Positions 9,010-17,916 of a DNA stretch of 64,000 nt are shown here, piece after piece. How positions within the stretch are numbered: the first letter of the stretch is position 1; each line of letters begins with the position of its first letter. Both the position numbers and the translations under genes were made by a program. The notes beneath the pieces are model-generated. The model was not told the origin of the DNA and searched no databases. It was given only the letters and a program-made list of their open reading frames with translations. Source of the DNA: an uncultured bacterium (GTDB taxonomy: Bacteria; Actinomycetota; Acidimicrobiia; Spongiisociales; UBA5794); contig CAWDDT010000007.1 in NCBI GenBank assembly GCA_963801165.1, forward strand, positions 64,001 through 128,000, given 5' to 3'.

Positions 9010-9950
9010 GCCTTCACATGGTCTCTGATCACATCGGCCACGTGCGCCGGTGCCAGCCCGTACTTTTCGAGCAGTGCCTCATCCGGGCCCGACTCGCCGA
9101 AGATGTCGGAGATGCCGTGGATCTTCATCGGCAGTGGTGATTGCTGGGATAGCGTCTCAGCGATGGCACCGCCGAGGCCACCCACGACGGTGCCTTCCTC
9201 GGTTGTGACGACGAGACCGGTTCTCTGGGCGGCGGCAACGATCTCACCCACGTCCAGGGGTTTGATCGTCGGGACGTGTACCAGGTGCACGTCGATGCCT
9301 TCGTCGGCGAGGATCTCGGCGGCAGTGAGCGCCCGGGCCGTGTGCGTCCCCGTTGAGAACACGGTGACGTCCGAGCCCTCACGCATCGTTACGGTCTTGC
9401 CGATCACGAACTCGTAGTCGTCCGGAAGGATGATCGGGCTGTTGGGGCGGGTGAGCCTGTAGTAGATGGGGCCGTCGTACTCGAGGCCGGCGTTGATGGC
9501 CGCCCTCGTCTCGATCTCGTCGCCCGGGGCGATAACGGTCATGTACGCCATCGCCCGCATGATCGAAACATCGTCGAACAGGAGGTGGGTCTTGCCCGTG
9601 CTGCCGGCAAGCAGACCGGCGTAGCCGGCCATGATCTTGACGTTGGCCTTGGGCTGGGCGATGAGGACCCTGATGGCGTCGTGGGCTCGAGAGACCACGA
9701 AGGCCGAGAAGGTGCTCACGATCGGGATGAGCCCGACGGTGGCCATGCCGGCTGCCATACCGAACATGTTCATCTCGGCGATGCCAACCTGGAAGAAGCG
9801 GTCGCGGTGCGCCGCCTCGAAGATATCGGTGCGGGTCGAGCTCCCGGTGTCCCCGTCGAGAACGACGATGCGGTCGTTGGTGTTGGCGGCCTCGCTGATT
9901 GTCTCGCCCATTGTGACCCGGAGCGACTTGCCCATCGTGCGCGTTGTCAT
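9000..9950 (-). CDS. Split transketolase, C-terminal subunit (pyrimidine-binding + C-terminal domains)
   Basis: GIAEMNMFGMAAGMA, IKPLD, GGLGGAIAE, FGESG; ATG overlaps the stop of the upstream subunit. Confidence 0.92.
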   Translation of the reverse strand: MTTRTMGKSLRVTMGETISEAANTNDRIVVLDGDTGSSTRTDIFEAAHRDRFFQVGIAEMNMFGMAAGMATVGLIPIVSTFSAFVVSRAHDAIRVLIAQPKANVKIMAGYAGLLAGSTGKTHLLFDDVSIMRAMAYMTVIAPGDEIETRAAINAGLEYDGPIYYRLTRPNSPIILPDDYEFVIGKTVTMREGSDVTVFSTGTHTARALTAAEILADEGIDVHLVHVPTIKPLDVGEIVAAAQRTGLVVTTEEGTVVGGLGGAIAETLSQQSPLPMKIHGISDIFGESGPDEALLEKYGLAPAHVADVIRDHVKAHE

Positions 9951-10816
9951 GCCGCACCTCCTTCGGGTTCGCCGAGTTCTTTCATCGCCGCCGCCATTTG
10001 CTCGTCGCTTGGCACCTTGCTGTGCCATTCCGGCCGGTTCTCCATGAAGGAGACGCCCTTGCCCTTGACGGTGTGGGCGATGATGGCCACAGGCTCTCCG
10101 GTGACCGCCTTGGCCTCCTCGAGGGCCGCGAGGATCGCCGGGACGTCGTGCCCGTCGATCTCGATGACATTCCAGTCGAAGGCCCGCCACCGGTCGGCCA
10201 ACTGGTCGCCCAGATAGGGGCTGATCCGCTCGTCGAGTGTCTCACCCGTCCAGCCGAACTGCTGGAGCTTGTTGTGGTCGACGAGGGCGACGATGTTGTC
10301 GAGACCGTATCGAGCGGCCACGTGGGCACCTTCCCAGACGACGCCTTCGTTGCATTCCCCGTCGCCGAGCATGACGTACGTCGTGAAGTCCTTGTGCGCT
10401 GCCCGGGCGCCCAGCGCGATACCGAGCGAGCCGGCAAAGCCGAGCCCGAGCGACCCCGATGACATGTCGACGCCGGGGGTCACCGTCTGATCCGGATGCC
10501 CTTGGAGGCGGGAGTTCACCGCATCGAATGTCTTCAGCTCATCGACCGGGAAATAGCCGCGGAGGGCGAGCGTCGAGTAGAGGGCAATCGAGCTGTGCCC
10601 CTTCGACAAGACGAAGCGGTCCCGATCGGGATCCGCCGGATTCTCGGGATCCACATTCATCACACCGAAATACAGTGTGGCCAGCATGTCCGCCGCCGAC
10701 AGTGGGCCGCCGACATGGCCCGCACCGGCATGGCGCACGGCCTTGAGGATCTCTACCCGGATCTGGCGGGCGTATTCCGCCAGCTCAGCCGGGGTATAGG
10801 TCAGCGTTTGGGTCAT
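9947..10816 (-). CDS. Split transketolase, N-terminal (ThDP-binding) subunit
   Basis: GHVGGPLS, DRFVLSKGH, LQGHP, GDGECNEG ThDP motif, TVKGKG; GGAGGAG RBS. Confidence 0.93.
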   Translation of the reverse strand: MTQTLTYTPAELAEYARQIRVEILKAVRHAGAGHVGGPLSAADMLATLYFGVMNVDPENPADPDRDRFVLSKGHSSIALYSTLALRGYFPVDELKTFDAVNSRLQGHPDQTVTPGVDMSSGSLGLGFAGSLGIALGARAAHKDFTTYVMLGDGECNEGVVWEGAHVAARYGLDNIVALVDHNKLQQFGWTGETLDERISPYLGDQLADRWRAFDWNVIEIDGHDVPAILAALEEAKAVTGEPVAIIAHTVKGKGVSFMENRPEWHSKVPSDEQMAAAMKELGEPEGGAA

Positions 10817-10856
10817 TGACGGTCTCCTCCAGATTGGTTGGTGTCGCGGGCTCCGG

Positions 10857-12107
10857 TCACTTCTGGTTCCTCCCGGCGGCCCTCTCCATGGCTTCCAGCA
10901 TCGGTAGCGACTGGCCGCTCAAGAAGCGTACGAGCGCGCCGCCGCCGGTGCTGACGAAATCGATAGCGTCGAGATCGACGAATCGCCGTGCGCTGGCAAC
11001 AGTGTCGCCACCGCCGATGACGGACTTCCCCGAAGCGCGGGCGACCGCTTCCCAGAGGTGCCGGGTCCCGTAGTCGCCGGCCACCGACTCGTAGACCCCG
11101 GCGGGCCCGTTCACGAAGATCGTTGCGGCCGCCGCGATGAGTTGCTCGTAGCGGGCGACTGTTTCCGAGCCGATATCGATGAGTTGCTCGCCGATGGGCA
11201 GATCGGCCACGGCGACCTCGCGGCGGCTTCCGTCTGCACCCGCATACGCAACGTCCACGGGCACGTGGATGCGATCCGCGTAAAGGCCCAGCCACTCCGC
11301 GGCCCTGGGCAGGAAGCCGTCGAGTGATCTATCGGTGATGAACTTCTTCGACGGCTCACCGAGGTCGGCGCCGCCCGCCCACAGGAACACGTTTGCGGTT
11401 ACCCCCGAGGTGATGATGTCGTCGGCCGTGCCGTCCTGGAGCACCTTGCCCATCATGGCAAACGCATCGGAGATCTTGAGACCGCCCAGCACGAAGAGAC
11501 AGGGCCGCGCCGGATTCTCGGCGACGCTCGATAACGTGTTCACCTCGTCCATGAGCAGCCTGCCCCCGGCCGAGGGAAGGACCTCCTGGAAGCCGACGAG
11601 CGATGGCGCATTGCGATGTGCCGCAGCGAAGGCGTCGTTTACATACAGGTCCATTAGAGGCGCCAGGTGTCGGACCAGATAGGTCCTGGTCATTTCCTCA
11701 GGTGTCAGCTTCACCGCGTTCTCGAAAGTCGAGACCTCCTCGGTGAGAATCCGGATGTTCTCGAGCAACAGGATCTGGCCGTCCTCGAGGTCGGCAATGG
11801 CCTTGCGGGCGGCCGGGCCGGCGACGTCGTCAATGAACTTGACTTCTCTGCCAAGCTTGGCGGTGAGCTTGGTCGCGTGCTCTGCGAGCGACACGAGGTT
11901 GTGGTAGTCGAGCGTGTCGCCCTGATGGGCGATGATCACCAACCGTGCCCCGGCGTCCGCCAGGTCCGTGATCGTCGGCAGGCTCTTGTCCAGACGGTTC
12001 TCGTCGGCGATCTTGCCTGTCTCGCGATCGATCGGAGAGTTGATGTCGGGGCGCAACAGGACGGTGCGCCCCCGCAGCTCCATGTCATCGAGTGATCTGA
12101 TGTCCAT
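10857..12107 (-). CDS. Phosphoglycerate kinase family protein (archaeal-like, atypical substrate site)
   Basis: RPDINSP, LLENIR, YVNDAFAAAHR, NGPAGVYE, IGGGDT, VSTGGGA; true start inferred at ATG 12107 (MDIRSLDD). Confidence 0.88.
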   Translation of the reverse strand: MDIRSLDDMELRGRTVLLRPDINSPIDRETGKIADENRLDKSLPTITDLADAGARLVIIAHQGDTLDYHNLVSLAEHATKLTAKLGREVKFIDDVAGPAARKAIADLEDGQILLLENIRILTEEVSTFENAVKLTPEEMTRTYLVRHLAPLMDLYVNDAFAAAHRNAPSLVGFQEVLPSAGGRLLMDEVNTLSSVAENPARPCLFVLGGLKISDAFAMMGKVLQDGTADDIITSGVTANVFLWAGGADLGEPSKKFITDRSLDGFLPRAAEWLGLYADRIHVPVDVAYAGADGSRREVAVADLPIGEQLIDIGSETVARYEQLIAAAATIFVNGPAGVYESVAGDYGTRHLWEAVARASGKSVIGGGDTVASARRFVDLDAIDFVSTGGGALVRFLSGQSLPMLEAMERAAGRNQK

Positions 12108-12121
12108 GGCAATCCGTTTCC

Positions 12122-13213
12122 CTAGGAGGACGCCCGCATGGCGGCGACGACGGCGGCACCCATCTCGTTGGTGGATGCGGATCCACCCATGTCCTTGGTC
12201 TTGACCTCTCCGGCGCGGAGCGTGGCGATGATCGCGTTCTGGATATGGGCGCCCGCCTCGTCCTCCCCGAGGATCTCGAGCATCATCCTGACCGCCTCGA
12301 TGGAGGCAATCGGGTTGACCACCTTCTTCCCCGTGTACTTCGGGGCCGAGCCGTGGATCGGCTCGAACATCGACGGGTAGTCGCCTTCGGGGTTGACGTT
12401 GCCACCGGCGGCGAATCCCATCCCGCCCTGGAGCATCGACCCGAGGTCGGTGATGATGTCGCCAAACAGGTTGGAGGCCACGATGACGTCGAAAAACTCC
12501 GGGTTCTTGACGAACCACATGGTGAGGGCGTCGACCAGCGCCTTGTCGGTCTCGATGTCGGGGAAATCAGCGGCCACGTAGTCGTATGCCTCATCCCAGA
12601 AGACCATCGAGTAGTTGAGAGCGTTCGACTTGGTGCAGTTGGTCACACGCCCGACCGGGTTGGTCGAGCCGAGCTTCTTGCGCTTGCGTGCCTGGTCGAA
12701 GCCGTAGCGGATCGCCCGCTCGCATCCCTTCCAGGTGAAGATGCCGGTCTGCAGGGCAAATGCGTCCGGTGTGCCCCGCTTGAAGAAGCCGCCGGTGCCC
12801 GAGTACTCGCCCTCGGTGTTCTCCCGGATCACCAGCATGTCGACGGTCTCCGGGGTGGCCGTCGAGATCGGGGAGGAGACACCCGGGTACAGCTTGATCG
12901 GGCGCAGGTTGACGTACTGGTCGAACCCTTTGCGAATGGCGAGCAGCATTGTGAGCGAGACGTCGTCCGGGATCTTGTTGGCGTCGCCGACGCAACCGAG
13001 GAAGATCGAATCGAAGGCGGCGAGGGTCTCGAGGGCGTTATCCGGCATCATGGCGCCCTTTTCGAGGTAGCGGTCGCAGGACCAGTCGAACAACTCGGTG
13101 CTCACCTCGAAACCGTGAATCTCGGCGGCCGCTCCGAGGACACGGACGGCTTCTTCGGTGATCTCGCCGCCTACGCCGTCTCCGGGAATGAGGGCGATTC
13201 GATAGGACGTCAT
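12122..13213 (-). CDS. Isopropylmalate/tartrate dehydrogenase family (beta-decarboxylating dehydrogenase)
   Basis: IPGDGVG, YVNLRP, RENTEGEY, NLFGDIITD, FEPIHGSAP; AAGGAGA RBS. Confidence 0.92.
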   Translation of the reverse strand: MTSYRIALIPGDGVGGEITEEAVRVLGAAAEIHGFEVSTELFDWSCDRYLEKGAMMPDNALETLAAFDSIFLGCVGDANKIPDDVSLTMLLAIRKGFDQYVNLRPIKLYPGVSSPISTATPETVDMLVIRENTEGEYSGTGGFFKRGTPDAFALQTGIFTWKGCERAIRYGFDQARKRKKLGSTNPVGRVTNCTKSNALNYSMVFWDEAYDYVAADFPDIETDKALVDALTMWFVKNPEFFDVIVASNLFGDIITDLGSMLQGGMGFAAGGNVNPEGDYPSMFEPIHGSAPKYTGKKVVNPIASIEAVRMMLEILGEDEAGAHIQNAIIATLRAGEVKTKDMGGSASTNEMGAAVVAAMRASS

Positions 13214-13223
13214 GGTGTCTCCT

Positions 13224-13235
13224 TGGAACGTTCCA
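13224..13235. promoter_or_regulatory. Perfect 12-bp palindrome TGGAACGTTCCA, candidate LacI-family operator
   Basis: Self-complementary with central CG, located between the predicted -10 and the RBS of the dehydrogenase operon. Confidence 0.7.
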
Positions 13236-13244
13236 CTTCGATCA

Positions 13245-13274
13245 AACTTAGCCTTTTTGGGTACCGAGTGTCAA
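13245..13274 (-). promoter_or_regulatory. Sigma70-type promoter for the dehydrogenase-PGK-transketolase operon
   Basis: TTGACA-N18-TAAGTT on the minus strand. Confidence 0.6.
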
Positions 13275-13402
13275 TGCTCGGCGTGCAGCCGTTCGATCTG
13301 CATTCCGGACATGAGCGACATTACACGCATGTAAGGGCAATGTGACAAACAGTTTACAAAGCCTCGCGCCGACTGAGTCGGCGAATTCCCATCAGGAACC
13401 TT

Positions 13403-13446
13403 CAGACCGCGACCAGACCGCGACCAGACCGCGAGGAGACCGCGAC
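13403..13446. repeat. 11-bp tandem repeat (CAGACCGCGAC) x4, last two slightly imperfect
   Basis: cagaccgcgac cagaccgcgac cagaccgcgag gagaccgcgac. Confidence 0.9.
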
Positions 13447-13544
13447 GTAGCGAACGAGATTGCCCGGTTGGATGCGCTGCGGCGAGCGGTCGTCTTCGTC
13501 GGGTGCGTCCGGTTTCGCTCAGCTGGGACCAGGGGCGCATGCGC

Positions 13545-13802
13545 TCAGGAGCGGACCCGAAACCCGGAGAGAGTGTCGTCGGGAACGACCGGAGGGTCGA
13601 GACGTCGGCGACCCGGGCCGCGGGCGGTCCTTCCTCGAGGAAGCCGACGAAGCGGGTAACGGCCTCCTCGGGACCCTGAGCCCACGTCCTGACGGTCCCA
13701 TCGGCCCGGTTCACCACCCACCCAACAAGACCGAGCGAGCGGCCACACGCAGGGTCGTGTAGCGGAAGCCGACTCCCTGAACCCGCCCGAAACGGTCGCC
13801 AC
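13545..13802 (-). pseudogene. acyP: Acylphosphatase, frameshifted (pseudogene or sequencing error)
   Basis: [25 protein letters not shown] and C-terminal GFRVRS lie in different frames; at least three frameshifts are needed to join them. Confidence 0.8.
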
Positions 13803-13898
13803 GACGGCGCTTTACTCCTCCACTGTGACCTCTGGTCGATCCAGCACCCAGTCTGTCACATTCCTATTCGCTTGGTGGGGCGCCAATGCACCGGCCGT

Positions 13899-16800
13899 CT
13901 AGCGAAGTCGTTCGCATGCGGTCAGTGTGTCGTCGCCGCCGGCCGCTCTGCACCGATCCCTGTTGCCGTCACCTCCATTGAAGCTGTCGGCACCCGAGCC
14001 GTCGACAAGGAGATCGTTGGCGGCCCCTCCGAACATGGTGTCGTTGCCGGTACCGCCCTCGAGCTTGTCGCTGCCGACATCGCCGAGGAGCACGTCATCA
14101 CCGGCGCCACCGCCGATGTTGTCGTTCCCTGCGCCACCAAAGAGAATGTCATTCCCGCTCCGCCCATCAATGTTGTCGTTGCCGCCGGCGCCGAAAATTC
14201 GGTTGTCGCCGCCGTCTCCGCGGATCGTGTCATTCCTGTCGCTGCCGAAGACGTTCTCGAAGTCGACAAGGATGTCTCTTCCCCATCCTCCGGCCAAATG
14301 CGCGGCCAGGTCAACCGTTACGCCCTTTGGCGATCCTGCGAAGCTGACACGATCTCCCGGTTCGGGTATCGGGCCGCCGCTCTGCGGGTTGTCGTCGCCA
14401 CCGAACAGCATGTCGTCGCCGCCGCGGCCGTTGATGACGTCGTTCCCTGCTGCTCCGTAGATTCGGTTGTTGTGGTCATCCCCGGAGATGTCATCGCCGT
14501 AATCCGTGCCGAATACGTTCTCGAATCCGGTGACCGTGTCTGAACCCCACCCAGAGGCCATGCCGGCCTCGAGGTCGACGGACACACCCAGCGGCCCTCC
14601 TGCGAAAGTCAGGCGATCCCCTGGTTCGGGAATGGGGCCGTCGATCAGCGATGTCTGGTTGCCCCCATCGAGGCGGTCGTCGCCGCCACGGCCGTTGATC
14701 ACGTCATTTCCGTCGTTGCCCCTGATGACGTTCGCGGCCTGGTCGCCTTGGAGGCGGTCACCGAAGGCCGACCCTTCGAGGTTCTCGATCCCGGTTAGCT
14801 GGTCAAGCCCCTCACCCGTCCCGATCCCTTCGACCAGATCAACGCTGACCGCAGCCACCGAATTCGAGTAGTCGGCGGTGTCGACGCCGGGGCCACTGTC
14901 GGGTCCGCCGTCGCCGTCGAGAATGTCGTCGCCCGGGCCACCAATCAGCGTGTCGTCACCTGCTCCCCCAAGGATGATGTCGTTGCCACCCCCGCCGTAG
15001 ATGATGTCGTTGCCTCCAAGACCGCAGATCACTTCGGAGTCTTCTGTTCCCATGAGGCCCAGGTCGTCTCCCGGGGTACCCCGGATGTCACATATGTCGG
15101 AGCTCACCTGGATGGTGTCAGCGCCACAGCCGCCATCGTCGTCGCACACCTCAACCGTCACGGTGGCGGAAACGCCGCTGTCGTAGCCAGTCGAGAGGGT
15201 GGCTTCGACGGAGGAGCCGGAGATCGGCGCCGACTGCCAACCGTTGCCGTCGCCCCAATCGACCTGTGCAGTGTGAGTGTCGTTGGCGCCTGGATCATCA
15301 AAGGAAGCGGTGACTGTAACCGGATCTCCCGGCGGTACCGTCTGGTCCTCGCCGGCGTTCACCGTCGGTGTCACGTTCCCAATCGCGAGTTCGGCGGTTG
15401 CCGACACCACCACACCGGACTCCGTTGCCGTCAGCGTTATGAGATAGGTGCCATCGTCGGTACACGTGATGGTCGTCTCGGAGGCGGCGGCGTCAGTAAA
15501 CACGCAGGTCGCTCCAGGGTCGACGTTGTTGGTGGCGGCGTATGACCAGGCCTTGGCCGGGGTGCCATCCGGATCGGTAGCCGATCCCGCGACCGTCACC
15601 GGGGCACCTTCAGATCCGGAGTACGGACCGCCGGCGTCGACAATCGGCGGGTCGTCGACGCCCCCGACTGTGATCGAGACCGATGCGGAGTCGGTGAATC
15701 CCGTTCCGTCAGCGATCGTGTACTCGAACGAGTCGGCACCGGCGAAGTTGGGGGCCGGAACGTAGTGAATGGTGCTATCAGGATTGACGGTGGCAGTGCC
15801 ATGCTGCGGCGCCGTCACCTCAATGATTGACAACGAGTCCCCGTTCGGGTCTGAGTCGTTGGCGAGGACGTCGATGTCCACCTCACCGTCCTCGCCCACG
15901 GATGCCATGTCGTCTGCTGCCTCGGGAGGCATCGCCGCCTCCGTCACGGTCACCGTCACGTCGGCCGTGTCGCATAACGAGGTTGTGTCACATATCGAGT
16001 AGGTGAAAGTGTCGAATCCCACAAAGCCAGCGGCCGGCGTGTATACGACCGTTCCATCGCCTCCGGGTGAGCTCGAGCCGTTTGCCGGCGCCAACTCGAT
16101 CACAACCGAAGCCAGATCGAGGTTGCCGTCGGGGTCTGTGTCGTTGGAGGCCACATCAATCACCACCGACGTGTCCTGGGTCGTAGTGGCTGCGTCGTCG
16201 ATGGCCACCGGTGCTTCCGGACCGAGAACCGTGATATCCACCGTCGCCGGGTCCGACGTTCGGACACCGTCAGACACGGTGAAGGAGAATGAATCGGCGA
16301 CCGTCCCGACTTGGGGCGTGTAGTCGACCGTGGCCGTGCAGCCCGTTGCGGTGCAGTCGGGCGCAGATATCGCCGAGAGGGCACCGCCCGTGGGTGAGGC
16401 AGAGACGGCGAATGTCAGAGGATCGCCATCCGGGTCGGATCCGGACAGCGAGATCGGAGTCGCCACGCCGGCGGTGACGCTGATCGACGACGGAGAAGCG
16501 GCAGGGCTCTGGTCGAGTTGGCCGACCCCAACTACGTAGACCGGAGTGGCGGACCATTCGTTCTGCCCAATCGGCTCCGGCCCATCGCCGAGCTCCCCGG
16601 ATCCGTCCCCGCCCCAGCACACCAGCGACCAGTCACCGAGCACGGCGCAAGCATGTGACTCTCCCACCGAGATCGCCCTGACCCCGGTCAGCGCGTCGCC
16701 GGATTCGTCCGGTGCGACCACCGTCTGTGGGGTTGGCTGATCACCCGTTGCCCCATCGTCACCTGTTCCCAACCGGCCGTTATTCATTTGACCCCAGCAC

Positions 16801-17807
16801 CGGACCTCGCCGACGGCCAGGAGAGCGCAAGTGTGTAGCCTCCCTGCGCCGATGGAGACGGCGGCTGCCAGGGACTCCACCTTCTGTGGCGTGGCGTGGG
16901 GAAGTCCGGGAGGACTGCCGAGCTGTCCAGAACTATTCGCTCCCCAGCAGTACACGTCCCCGTCCTCGGTTACCACGCACGTGTGGCTTTGGACCTTGGC
17001 CGTCGAGATGCCCGCTGCTTTCACGTCGGGGGGCAACGCCACTTGTTGAGGGCTGGCGCTTGGACCACCAGCCGCGCCGTTACCCAACTGGCCGTCGAAG
17101 TCGGCGCCCCAGCACCATGTGCTTCCGTCGTCGAGGATGACACAGGTGTCCAACCAGCCAGCTGCGATCGCAACGGCACCGGAGAGCTCAGTCCCACTTT
17201 GATAGAGAACCGGGACGGGAATCGATCGATTGGTCGTGGAACCGTCGCCGAGCTGTCCGTAGGCGTTTGCACCCCAGCAGCGGATCGTGCCGCCTGCCAT
17301 GAGGGCGCAGCCGTGGTCCGCTCCCACCGCAATCTGTGCGATCCCGCTCAGCGGCGTGCCTGTTTCATCCGCTACGACATCAGTCGGGAACGGAGCGTCT
17401 ACGAACTCGCCCGTTCCCAGCTGACCCTTATCGCCGGCACCCCAACACTCGGCCCTGCCCGTGGCGAGTAACGAGCAACCGAAATCGCTGCCCGCAGCGA
17501 CCGCGACTGCACCGCCGATTGGCGTTCCGTTGCTGTCAACGATCCGCTGTGCGATGTCGCTCTGCGATGGGTTCTGAAGCGACGTCATCGCTCCCCAGCA
17601 CCATACGTCCGTGTCGCCGTCCACAACACACGAGTTGAAGGTGCCCATGCTCATGCGCCCGTGAATACCAGCCAAAGCAGCGCTCTGACCGGAGTCGGCC
17701 AACGACGCGGGTGCGGCCGATCCGAGTTGTAGCGCCGTCGCTACCAACATCGTTACCAAGAACACTGTACGCCGACGCGGCACACCTCTGCGGTTTGTTC
17801 CCTGCAT
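13899..17807 (-). CDS. Large secreted multidomain protein: RCC1/BLIP-II repeats, Ig/cadherin-like repeats, PKD-like domains, RTX-type Ca-binding repeats
   Basis: Signal peptide; CWGxNxxGQLG repeats; DVLANDSDPNGD / DSFEYTIAD; VDWGDG; GGxGNDxL nonapeptides; GGGAGG RBS before ATG 17807. Confidence 0.88.
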   Translation of the reverse strand: MQGTNRRGVPRRRTVFLVTMLVATALQLGSAAPASLADSGQSAALAGIHGRMSMGTFNSCVVDGDTDVWCWGAMTSLQNPSQSDIAQRIVDSNGTPIGGAVAVAAGSDFGCSLLATGRAECWGAGDKGQLGTGEFVDAPFPTDVVADETGTPLSGIAQIAVGADHGCALMAGGTIRCWGANAYGQLGDGSTTNRSIPVPVLYQSGTELSGAVAIAAGWLDTCVILDDGSTWCWGADFDGQLGNGAAGGPSASPQQVALPPDVKAAGISTAKVQSHTCVVTEDGDVYCWGANSSGQLGSPPGLPHATPQKVESLAAAVSIGAGRLHTCALLAVGEVRCWGQMNNGRLGTGDDGATGDQPTPQTVVAPDESGDALTGVRAISVGESHACAVLGDWSLVCWGGDGSGELGDGPEPIGQNEWSATPVYVVGVGQLDQSPAASPSSISVTAGVATPISLSGSDPDGDPLTFAVSASPTGGALSAISAPDCTATGCTATVDYTPQVGTVADSFSFTVSDGVRTSDPATVDITVLGPEAPVAIDDAATTTQDTSVVIDVASNDTDPDGNLDLASVVIELAPANGSSSPGGDGTVVYTPAAGFVGFDTFTYSICDTTSLCDTADVTVTVTEAAMPPEAADDMASVGEDGEVDIDVLANDSDPNGDSLSIIEVTAPQHGTATVNPDSTIHYVPAPNFAGADSFEYTIADGTGFTDSASVSITVGGVDDPPIVDAGGPYSGSEGAPVTVAGSATDPDGTPAKAWSYAATNNVDPGATCVFTDAAASETTITCTDDGTYLITLTATESGVVVSATAELAIGNVTPTVNAGEDQTVPPGDPVTVTASFDDPGANDTHTAQVDWGDGNGWQSAPISGSSVEATLSTGYDSGVSATVTVEVCDDDGGCGADTIQVSSDICDIRGTPGDDLGLMGTEDSEVICGLGGNDIIYGGGGNDIILGGAGDDTLIGGPGDDILDGDGGPDSGPGVDTADYSNSVAAVSVDLVEGIGTGEGLDQLTGIENLEGSAFGDRLQGDQAANVIRGNDGNDVINGRGGDDRLDGGNQTSLIDGPIPEPGDRLTFAGGPLGVSVDLEAGMASGWGSDTVTGFENVFGTDYGDDISGDDHNNRIYGAAGNDVINGRGGDDMLFGGDDNPQSGGPIPEPGDRVSFAGSPKGVTVDLAAHLAGGWGRDILVDFENVFGSDRNDTIRGDGGDNRIFGAGGNDNIDGRSGNDILFGGAGNDNIGGGAGDDVLLGDVGSDKLEGGTGNDTMFGGAANDLLVDGSGADSFNGGDGNRDRCRAAGGDDTLTACERLR

Positions 17808-17916
17808 TATCCGTCCCTCCCGATCCGCAACCGATCCTACGCAGGCATATTGTGGAATGGGCGTGATTCTCGGCCATCCCCGCATTGGCGGTGGCGACCT
17901 GTGGCACACTGGCGGC

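Noticed and set aside
10857-12518. 553-aa N-terminally extended PGK
   Set aside because: The extension overlaps the dehydrogenase in another frame; PGK homology starts at 12107
12122-13213. Assigning leuB
   Set aside because: No leuCD nearby and the context is catabolic; family-level call only
13341-13358. CRP or Rex binding site
   Set aside because: Half-site spacing is 8 nt rather than the TGTGA-N6-TCACA geometry
13403-13446. Possible CRISPR or iteron array
   Set aside because: Repeats are 11 bp, contiguous, with no spacers and no cas or rep genes
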